Assembly (NCBI GenBank): GCA_018985225.1
Contig: JADGIF010000207.1
Location: 1 to 14,693 of the forward strand
DNA from: Amoeboradix gromovi X-113
Lineage: Eukaryota > Fungi > Sanchytriomycota
Length of the DNA: 14,693 nt
Direction of reading: 5' to 3'
Every line of letters begins with the position of its first letter. Position 1 is the stretch's first letter. Both the position numbers and the translations under genes were made by a program. Shown in pieces: positions 1-6,921 of this stretch. A model generated the notes under the pieces. It was not told the origin of the DNA, searched no databases, and saw only the letters and a list, made by a program, of their open reading frames with translations.

Positions 1-94
1 CAAAGTCGATTGAGCATGAGACATTCTGCTCGGGAAGTCTACATTTTGAGGTATTTGTCCTAAAAAGTTTATCAAGTTTTTGTAGTGTGTTCCA
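1..94 (+). repeat. Family B module copy B1 (truncated by window edge)
   Basis: TCTACATTTTGAGGTATTTGTCCTAAAAAGTTTATCAAGTTTTTGTAGTGTGTTCCA aligns with the reverse complement of 2521-2574 (TCTACTTTTTGAGACATTTGTTTTAAAAAGTTTGTCAGTTTTGCAGTGTCTCCA). There is a hairpin at 41-68. Confidence 0.75.
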
Positions 95-114
95 TTTTAC
101 TGGAGCCAAAAACT

Positions 115-2133
115 ATGACAACCCAGACCCCGATCAAAATCAAGACATACAGAGCAACTGTATCTAATAACGATTTTAGAGACCTTCAAAGTTGCTTTAT
201 TGCAATAAGAAATCAGGAAGTATCATCTTTGAGTTTTGAAAAGCTTTACAGAATATGTTGGAACGCAGTTCTTGGAAAGCAAGGCAACAAAGTTTACAAA
301 ATGTTGTATGAGCAATTGGAAATATTATCAGAGAACTGCTCTAAAGAATGGACCAACATCGACGATCTTTTGAAACTATGGAACAACTTGAAGAAATGCC
401 TGAAATCTTACCATGAAGTAACAACTTATTTAAACAAAAACTATATTCAAAAAAACAATCTGGACTCTATTTATGAGATGGGGTATAAGCTTTGGGGATC
501 TAAAGTAATCTATTCCCATTATGACTTATTTATTTCGCAGTATGAACTTTTAACAACTTCTTTTTTTAATCAAATCGATAACAATGATGTAATGTCTAGT
601 GTATATGAAATGATATCTCTCTCTCAATTTCAAAACACCTCTATTAGTGATCATTGTAGCGATGCAATACTGAAATGGCTCACAGAATATTTAACTTCCA
701 TTCAGGGTGCCACGGCTATAGTATTCTTTAACAAAATGAACGACCTAATTGACAGAATTACTGCCAACTCTATGATATTATTTTCAGATGAATTTTCAAA
801 TTTGTTGCTGCTCACAATTTGTACACACATGATCCAGTTCAATTCAGAGCTTTTTAAATCAAATGCATCAAATTTATTAAACGAACCCCACAAACTGCTT
901 CCTATTGTCAACATAGCCTTCAAGTATGGAAACACCAAGACTATGCTCGTTTCACTCATTTCTGATATTTTTAAATCTAGCTTGTCTAAAATTATGATAC
1001 CCGTCAAAGAAAAACGCTCAACTGTTAAATTTTGCTTGGATGTACTTGAAATACATTACTTTTCGGCTAATTTAATTGATGCCAGCAACTATAATGTTCT
1101 CATGGACTCAAAATTGTCTCTAGTCTTTTCAGATTACTTGGAATCAGTCGAGCTATCGTGTGATGCGATAAATGTGTTTTTTGATCAGATCCTGCTTGAT
1201 GAGACACAAAGTACTATTGACGAGGGTCTGATTCTGTTTAAATACTGGAGAGATAAAGACTTCTTCCAAAAAATTTATTCTTTATATCTTGGTCAAAGAT
1301 TAATAGGTCACAAATCAGTTGACTACAGTAAAGAAATGCTAGTACTCTCTCACTTCAAATCGTCTTGCGGAGTAGCATATACGACTAAAATGGAAGTAAT
1401 GATTCAAGATATTCGTGCCTCTAATTCACTTGATATTCCGGGCGATATACATCCACGGATAATAACAATGGCAGCATGGCCATACAAAATACAGGAAACT
1501 TATCCGTTACATATAAGACCGCTTTTAAACGAATTTGAAGCCATCTATTCTCAAAAGTACGCCAATCGGAAACTAAACTGGAACATACATTTAGGTGTAG
1601 CAATACTGAAGGCACATTTTGACAAAGACTATGAATTGCACATATCTTGCATTCAAATGTGTGTTTTAACGTTGTTCAACGAGAAATCAGTTTATTCTTT
1701 GTTGGAGCTGCAAAATATCTTGAATTTACAACCCATCGATTTGAATAGGCATCTGATGCCACTGTGCTTGTCAAAGCATAAGCTAATAATTAAAGATCCA
1801 AAATCGAAACATTGCTTACCGACAGATCTATTTCATATCAATAAAGAATTTAAGCACAATCTTTTTAGAGTCAAAATACCTGTAATGCAATCAAATGTTC
1901 AGCATAAACCAACTGTAGAAGATAGGACCTATCAAATCGAAGCTGTTGTAATTAAAGTAATGAAATCTAAAAAAGAACTCGCGCACAACTTGTTAATAAA
2001 CGAAGTACTTCAAGAGCTAGAGCCCATTTTTAAAGCAGATGTAATAGCAATAAAACTCTGCATAGAGCAATTAATTGGCCGTGACTTTATTAAAAGAAAG
2101 GAAGATAAAGATTTTTATCAATATATTGCTTAA
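115..2133 (+). CDS. CUL3: Cullin-3-like E3 ligase scaffold (divergent)
   Basis: N-terminal LSFEKLYR..NAVLGKQGNKVY matches the Cul3-type LSFEELYR motif. The cullin homology region has KDFFQKIYSLYLGQRLI and CGVAYTTKMEVMIQDI. The C-terminal neddylation/WHB motif is DRTYQIEAVVIKVMK...IEQLIGRDFI. The first ATG is at 115; the ORF track's 85 is a GTG inside a repeat. Confidence 0.9.
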   Translation: MTTQTPIKIKTYRATVSNNDFRDLQSCFIAIRNQEVSSLSFEKLYRICWNAVLGKQGNKVYKMLYEQLEILSENCSKEWTNIDDLLKLWNNLKKCLKSYHEVTTYLNKNYIQKNNLDSIYEMGYKLWGSKVIYSHYDLFISQYELLTTSFFNQIDNNDVMSSVYEMISLSQFQNTSISDHCSDAILKWLTEYLTSIQGATAIVFFNKMNDLIDRITANSMILFSDEFSNLLLLTICTHMIQFNSELFKSNASNLLNEPHKLLPIVNIAFKYGNTKTMLVSLISDIFKSSLSKIMIPVKEKRSTVKFCLDVLEIHYFSANLIDASNYNVLMDSKLSLVFSDYLESVELSCDAINVFFDQILLDETQSTIDEGLILFKYWRDKDFFQKIYSLYLGQRLIGHKSVDYSKEMLVLSHFKSSCGVAYTTKMEVMIQDIRASNSLDIPGDIHPRIITMAAWPYKIQETYPLHIRPLLNEFEAIYSQKYANRKLNWNIHLGVAILKAHFDKDYELHISCIQMCVLTLFNEKSVYSLLELQNILNLQPIDLNRHLMPLCLSKHKLIIKDPKSKHCLPTDLFHINKEFKHNLFRVKIPVMQSNVQHKPTVEDRTYQIEAVVIKVMKSKKELAHNLLINEVLQELEPIFKADVIAIKLCIEQLIGRDFIKRKEDKDFYQYIA

Positions 2134-2169
2134 TAAACCTATTTACTTACATCAGATTACCTAAAGCCG

Positions 2170-2514
2170 CTAACTACTTTTCAAACAGACTGCTATGCAA
2201 TCAGGTTTATTAATTATTGCAGGGTTTTGATGGTCAATTGGACGCAACGTCATTTCATTCGGCAATTTTATGTGCCTTACAAATGCACCATCATTGTCAA
2301 CATTCTTAAAAACTTCTGTATCAGTGTTTATGGGTAGGCTGTGGTCCAAACAGCTTCTTATTTGAGAGTTCAATTTGCCGCAAAGAATCAAGTGGCGACC
2401 CTCTACTTTGACTGAAATATTTGACAAGACGTATTGCGCAGGTATTAGGTACACTATGTATATATCATCTTTAAATGATTTGATACAGTAAGGCGGGAAT
2501 TCATTCAACGACAT
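2170..2514 (-). CDS. Small heat-shock protein (HSP20/alpha-crystallin domain)
   Basis: ISVKVEGRHLILCGK and GAFVRHIKLP match the alpha-crystallin beta4/5 and beta7 motifs. The first in-frame ATG is at 2514; the ORF track start at 2529 is a GTG within a repeat. Confidence 0.7.
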   Translation of the reverse strand: MSLNEFPPYCIKSFKDDIYIVYLIPAQYVLSNISVKVEGRHLILCGKLNSQIRSCLDHSLPINTDTEVFKNVDNDGAFVRHIKLPNEMTLRPIDHQNPAIINKPDCIAVCLKSS

Positions 2515-2520
2515 TGAGAT

Positions 2521-2755
2521 TGGAGACACTGCAAAACTGACAAACTTTTTAAAACAAATGTCTCAAAAAGTAGATGTAGTTAAGTAGATACCTCACATAT
2601 TCTGTCATCTATGATTTATGCCGACAAGTCATAGCTATCAGTACCACTTCTTTTGTTCTAAGATTAGATTCTCCTACAAAATTGGGAAAATATAGCCATT
2701 AGATTTAAACAATTGGGACATCAAGTGTAAAAACTAGACCAACTCTCTGAGACAG
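2521..2755 (-). repeat. Family B module copy B2, with upstream Fanzor-like protein trace
   Basis: Core 2521-2660 aligns to B1 and B4. A 12-bp hairpin at 2544-2571 has an AUUU loop and two G-U pairs on the minus strand. An upstream minus frame reads VSESWSSFYT*CPNC (2753-2709). Confidence 0.75.
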
Positions 2756-2880
2756 CTTGAAGCATTATATCAAGTGTGTATTAACCGATAGTAAATTAAA
2801 TTAAATTAATCTTATTGGTTGCACCTTTTGCCTAGACACTCAAAGACCTCGTATATTTGAAAGGGATAGTGGTCATCTTG

Positions 2881-3235
2881 TTATATTTTAAAGAGAGGAA
2901 TGACATTAATGAAAGAAGAAGGACTTTTATTAGTAATAGTATTTCCTCCTTATGGAGCACCTACTTTAAAAACGACTTGGCCTGGTCTTATATTTGGTGT
3001 CCCAAACCTCGTATTTGAACTTAATGTCTTAGCATTAAAAACGGTAAATTCGGTTAATGATATTTACGCATATACTTCTACTAGCACATGTAATAATGGA
3101 ATCCTTGGTGTCCACAAGATAATGCGCATGTTTGGTCCACTAAATTTGTACAAAATTGTGCAGTAGTTGAAGCAACTACTCGATTGCCACCTATCTAATA
3201 TTGCATGAAATCAAAAAGAAAATCAAGATATACAT
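2881..3235 (-). pseudogene. Possible disrupted secreted Cys-rich protein gene
   Basis: Signal-peptide-like MYILIFFLISCNIR* is followed in another frame by QFCTNLVDQTCALSCGHQGFHYYMC* and further stop-interrupted, protein-like stretches. Confidence 0.25.
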
Positions 3236-3381
3236 ACGCTCCCCAATTCCAAAAAGAATGTTTAAAGTGAGAGAATCTCCAAGTCATTGAGCACCTGTTA
3301 GCGAATGGTGAAAGAACGGACCGGCAGAGAGGAACTTAGAATAATCGTCTCATCAATTTACAGGTGATAAAATTTGGGGTA

Positions 3382-3505
3382 CTCCTCGTTAAAAGTCCAG
3401 ATTTCCGAGAAAATCGAGAATTTCCACAGAGAAACTAATGCTAGTTTCTCCGTTACAGTGATTGCTCACGCTTTCACTACCCTGAGGCGGGATTGAATAA
3501 GGATG
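3382..3505 (-). ncRNA. Putative omega-RNA scaffold of family A (best-preserved copy)
   Basis: It lies between RuvC-III and the element right end and overlaps the ORF 3' end. Stems: AGUGA/UCACU around a GUGAG-containing loop (3457-3478), and a 12-bp hairpin ACGGAGAAACUA-GCAU-UAGUUUCUCUGU (3426-3453) whose G-U pair forms only on the minus strand. Covariation is seen across copies. Confidence 0.65.
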
Positions 3506-3813
3506 CATACACTTGATGTATATGTTCCTTGCAGCCATATGATCTCTATCTATCTTCAAAGGACACTTTGTACATGTGTATGTTTCTAAATTGGTTTGCT
3601 TTAGAGTACCACACCTTGTACATGTCTGACTAGTAAATGATTCATTGCATTCGATTATCGTATTTCCTCTTTGCTTACACTTGAACTTCAAGCGTTCCTT
3701 GAATGCGTAATGGGACATTTTAGCCATGTTTCTTGCGACCTTGCTCGACAAGCTACTTATATCATTTGACTAGTATTAGACGATGGCAAGTATACAAGAT
3801 CATATGTCTTTGT
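3382..3813 (-). mobile_element. Family A copy A1: 5'-truncated Fanzor2/IS607-TnpB-like remnant (RuvC-II region, Zn ribbon, RuvC-III) with 3' omega-RNA-like tail
   Basis: TKTYDLVYLPSSNTSQMI* (3813-3757) is frameshifted into SSKVARNMAKMSHYAFKERL...NESFTSQTCTRC...CTKC.LKIDRDHMAARNI. The ORF runs through the conserved tail to TAA at 3389, and homology to the other copies ends at GAGGAG (3382). Confidence 0.9.
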
Positions 3814-3911
3814 ATGCTGTACCTATTAGTTATTTATTTAGAATTGATTTACCATTTGCGAAATGGAAGAATATCGAGTGTTTAAGCTATAAGAGAAATC
3901 TGGAAAAGTCT

Positions 3912-4002
3912 TGAAATGATACAAAAATATATACAAATTCGCGATAAATGATTTATTCAAGAAAATAGTCAAGCTGTTGTTAAGATAACTTTGCCTGTTC
4001 TA
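3912..4002 (-). repeat. Family B degenerate copy B3 (internal deletion)
   Basis: TAGAACAGGCAAAGT...AGCTTGACT...ATAAATCATTTATCGCGAATTTGT compares with B2 TAGAACAAAAGAAGT...AGCTATGACT...ATAAATCATAGATGACAGAATATGT. Confidence 0.55.
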
Positions 4003-4052
4003 CAGCGGTATCTTAAGTGGTAAGAAACTATAATGAGACGTATAATCAGGAT

Positions 4053-4379
4053 TTATTGGCTGCCTAAGGCTTCAATTAAATCTAATTTTGTAGTGGTTAA
4101 TATGTCTAGCAAGGTTTCTACTTTAAATTTAAGCTCGTCATTCTCTCTTTGCAACGCATCCAACTTTTTCTTATCCATTGGCTGTCCATTATTTGAGTTA
4201 GCCATACTTTTGATTCCAGAATTACCGTTTACACTCCAAATCCCATTTTCATAAATCAACTCATTTCCTTGCAATTGCAGGCGTATACTTGGCAATTGGT
4301 CCTCATTATATGCTGATTTTTGAATCCCACCTTCGCTGAAATGTCTGGATCTTCTCTTTAGAGATTCCACTGAATACAT
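4053..4379 (-). CDS. Chibby-like (Cby1) centriole/basal-body protein
   Basis: IRLQLQGNELIYENGIW followed by a coiled coil LQRENDELKFKVETLLDILT resembles the Chibby pattern (L.L.G..L.FE.G.W ... L.EENN.LK.KVE.LLDMLT). The size (~110 aa) also fits. Confidence 0.75.
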   Translation of the reverse strand: MYSVESLKRRSRHFSEGGIQKSAYNEDQLPSIRLQLQGNELIYENGIWSVNGNSGIKSMANSNNGQPMDKKKLDALQRENDELKFKVETLLDILTTTKLDLIEALGSQ

Positions 4380-4496
4380 ATATGAATGGCTTGACTTTTC
4401 GAAACATGAATTTTTGATATATTAAGCTTTAGAGCAGAGTTTGAAGCAAAACTTGAAGAGCAATACAATAAAATTTGTGAGTCCGATTTGCGTTGA

Positions 4497-4676
4497 TGGG
4501 AGAAATTTTACAAAAAACTGGCAAACTCATTTGAACAAAATATTTCAAATGAAGATGTCAAGCAGAATGCCGCACAGTTTATTACCTATGAATTAGTTGG
4601 CAATTAGTTACTCAACTCTCTTTTTATCTACTTGGAAATAAGCAAAACAAATAATTTTATAGCAATAGCTTGCACT
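4497..4676 (-). repeat. Family B module copy B4
   Basis: TAGATAAAAAGAGAGTTG...TAATTCATAGGTAATAAACTGTGCGGCATTCTGCTTGACATCTTCATTTGAAATATTTTGTTCAAATGAGTTTGCCAGTTTTTTGTAA aligns with B2 and B1. It has a perfect 9-bp stem at 4527-4535/4544-4552. Confidence 0.7.
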
Positions 4677-4917
4677 GGTAAGAGTCACGATTTAAGAGAA
4701 ACCAAGGATTTGCAGAGAAACTGTCGGTTACTCGATCTGTTATAGTGGTTGCTCACGCTTCCACTCCATTTGGCCGGGACCCAATAACGATGCAAATAAG
4801 TATCTGTTCCTTGATGCTATAGCCTCTATCAACTTTCAGATGACAGTTTGTGTATGTGTAAGTCTCCAGGTTGGTTTTCTTCAGAGTATTATGTATGTCG
4901 CACGTTTTTGAAGTAAG
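4677..4917 (-). mobile_element. Family A copy A2: Fanzor2-like C-terminal remnant plus tail
   Basis: TSKTCDIHNTLKKTNLETYTYTNCHLKVDRG aligns to A1 (TSQTCTRCGTLKQTNLETYTCTKCPLKIDRD). The tail AGTGGAAGCGTGAGCAACCACT matches A1 and A4. Confidence 0.85.
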
Positions 4918-5173
4918 ACGCAAGTCTAGAAAGAGAGTGCATTGGAAATTTATAACCCATTTAATCAAAATAAATGGTTTACTTAATTAAATTCGATATC
5001 TGCTCTCATGCTTGAGATACTGCAATTACTTCTCAATTGTACTTATAATGACAGTAATTATATTCAATCGCCTGTTATAAACATCTTTCTCTGTGATCCT
5101 ATTTCATAGTGGTATTCATATCATCGCCACACAAGCTCTTCATGCACTAGATCCACTCTGTTGAGCTTGCTAC

Positions 5174-5318
5174 CATAAGAGGTGATTTTGAATGAGTGCA
5201 ATTATCTTTAAGGGCATGAGCTTCACAGATTAATTTTTTATGGGAATTTAGACATCCAAAAGCTCAACTTTTTTTGACATTTTCTTAACCTCAGTCTAGG
5301 TTTAATAGAGAATGTCTG
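5174..5318 (+). repeat. Family B degenerate copy B5
   Basis: GGCATGAGCTTCACAGATTA...TATGGGA...TCAACTTTTTTTGACATTT compares with B2 GGCATAAATCATAGATGA...TATGTGA...TCTACTTTTTGAGACATTT, in the same order and spacing. Confidence 0.5.
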
Positions 5319-5365
5319 AAATACCTCTTTGAAACAGGTTTAATTTTTGTAAAATCAAAATCTCA

Positions 5366-6760
5366 ATGAGCAGCAAGAAACCAGCCCCAAAGCATATCAT
5401 TAAATCTCTTACGACTCTTTACAAGCAGAAAAAATACAAACAACTAAATAGCTGTCTTCCAAACCTATTGGAAAAATACAAAGATCTATTTTTGATGAAA
5501 ATTGCTGTCTGCACGTTGAAAGATCAAAATAAAGCATTTACCCAGCTTTGCTCCAAAGCCTATAAACAGTTCAAAGATGAGTGGTTTATTAAAACACTAA
5601 ATCCTACCTACAAACTCAATTCAGATTGTTGGTTTGAGATTTGTAAGTTTTTGTCAACTCAGGACCTGGGTAGACTAAGATCTACTTGCACAAGTTTAAA
5701 CACTGTAATGAGCCAGGGAATATTTTTTGATGTTGTAGAATGTACAAAAAAAACTGAAAAACAACTCTCTAGTGCATTAAGGCATCGTCAAGATATCAAA
5801 CTTTTAAAACTCACAAAATGCAAGATTCTTGGTAGTAATAATCTTTGCAATCTTGTTTCTTTAACCCTTGTGGATTGCGATATTAGTATGAAGCTGACAA
5901 GTCGCTTAATTCAACATTCAGTGGCATTAAAGCACCTAAGCCTAACCAAGATGCTATTTTATGGGGTATTTTTAAATAACAAGGCATTGCATGAATTGTA
6001 TCTTAATGATTGTAGTGTTGGACTGCCTCTAGATGCTGAATTGTCTTTTACAACTATTAAATTCACGTGTATTAATACCTCTCTAGATATAATTTCTAGC
6101 ATTAAAGGTATAAGTCATCTATGTGTACACTCTTGTGCTATAATAGATGTAGATTATCTAAAGAAAATGGATCTTGAGTCGCTATCTCTTGGTAACGTGC
6201 AGTTTCAAGACAAAGATAACTTTTATCTAAACCTGAGTACTTACTTTCCAAAATTGCATATAATACATATAACCGACCCCTTATTTAACAAAAAACATTT
6301 AATGAATCTGAAGTCACTTGATTTGATCGAGTTGCATCTTTGTAAAGTGGACTGTTCTACTGGGTCTGATTATGTTGAATTTCCATCGCTGCGCAAACTA
6401 ACTCTCCGCGAATGCCAACTTAACTACAATATACCAGTAACTGGACCCGTTACATATATAGATTTGGCATTGAATATAAACATAATGCCAGCCCTTCTAA
6501 TTGATTTTATAAAGAAAGTTGCATTCACAAATGGAAAATTATTCAACAAGATAGATGTAGGTGGATGTTATTCGCTGCAGCAGCATCATCTAAGTAGGAT
6601 AGCAAAATTGACTGAGTTGCTGGATATAACGGATTTACACATTCCTCTTAACTTTTATTCCGAACTGCAGGGTTTAACAAAGGTTGTATGGAGAAAGACC
6701 AACGAACTGGTAGTAGACAGAGCAAACGAAGGAAGACAGAGACAACAGCAGCGCATTTAA
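5366..6760 (+). CDS. F-box / leucine-rich-repeat protein
   Basis: F-box-like LNSDCWFEICKFLSTQDLGRLRSTCTSLN is followed by many LxxLxL repeats (LVSLTLVDC, LKHLSL, LHELYLNDC, LRKLTLREC). Confidence 0.8.
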   Translation: MSSKKPAPKHIIKSLTTLYKQKKYKQLNSCLPNLLEKYKDLFLMKIAVCTLKDQNKAFTQLCSKAYKQFKDEWFIKTLNPTYKLNSDCWFEICKFLSTQDLGRLRSTCTSLNTVMSQGIFFDVVECTKKTEKQLSSALRHRQDIKLLKLTKCKILGSNNLCNLVSLTLVDCDISMKLTSRLIQHSVALKHLSLTKMLFYGVFLNNKALHELYLNDCSVGLPLDAELSFTTIKFTCINTSLDIISSIKGISHLCVHSCAIIDVDYLKKMDLESLSLGNVQFQDKDNFYLNLSTYFPKLHIIHITDPLFNKKHLMNLKSLDLIELHLCKVDCSTGSDYVEFPSLRKLTLRECQLNYNIPVTGPVTYIDLALNINIMPALLIDFIKKVAFTNGKLFNKIDVGGCYSLQQHHLSRIAKLTELLDITDLHIPLNFYSELQGLTKVVWRKTNELVVDRANEGRQRQQQRI

Positions 6761-6769
6761 GTCTACAAT

Positions 6770-6854
6770 AAAAGAATTTCTTATCACTTTAGACATGACC
6801 TGTTTTTGGATGAGATGTTTTATGATAGACACCACCGCAGTTTATAATTTGTAG
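6770..6854 (+). repeat. Possible highly decayed family B copy B6
   Basis: AAAAGAA...TAGACATGACCTGT...AGATG...AGTTTATAATTTGTAG echoes blocks of B2 and B1, but these are short matches in AT-rich DNA. Confidence 0.3.
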
Positions 6855-6921
6855 CCGAGAGCCTTGTTATTACTGCCTAAAGAATACTAAAAATGTAACT
6901 TTCCTTTCATTAATGCATTTA

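Noticed and set aside
51-85. GT...TAG candidate introns upstream of the cullin (51-85) and HSP20 genes
   Set aside because: These lie inside the family B module. The HSP20 donors tested do not restore frame, and both genes have a suitable downstream ATG.
702-1615. Antisense ORFs 702-1007 and 1421-1615 (likewise 4033-4254, 8744-9019, 9475-9666, 9653-9880, 11987-12199)
   Set aside because: They are shadow ORFs opposite well-supported genes and have no recognisable motifs.
2900-3166. 88-aa plus-strand ORF
   Set aside because: It has no recognisable domain and is probably the antisense shadow of a decayed minus-strand gene.
3292-3366. Inverted CACCTGT/ACAGGTG pair next to A1, as a possible self-target of the A1 guide
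   Set aside because: It is only 7-8 nt and lies distal in the putative guide. I saw no convincing guide target within the window.
5240-5335. Minus-strand peptide VFQTFSIKPRLRLRKCQKKLSFWMSK, resembling the post-RuvC-I region of TnpB
   Set aside because: It has no DPG motif, and the same DNA is better explained as plus-strand family B copy B5.
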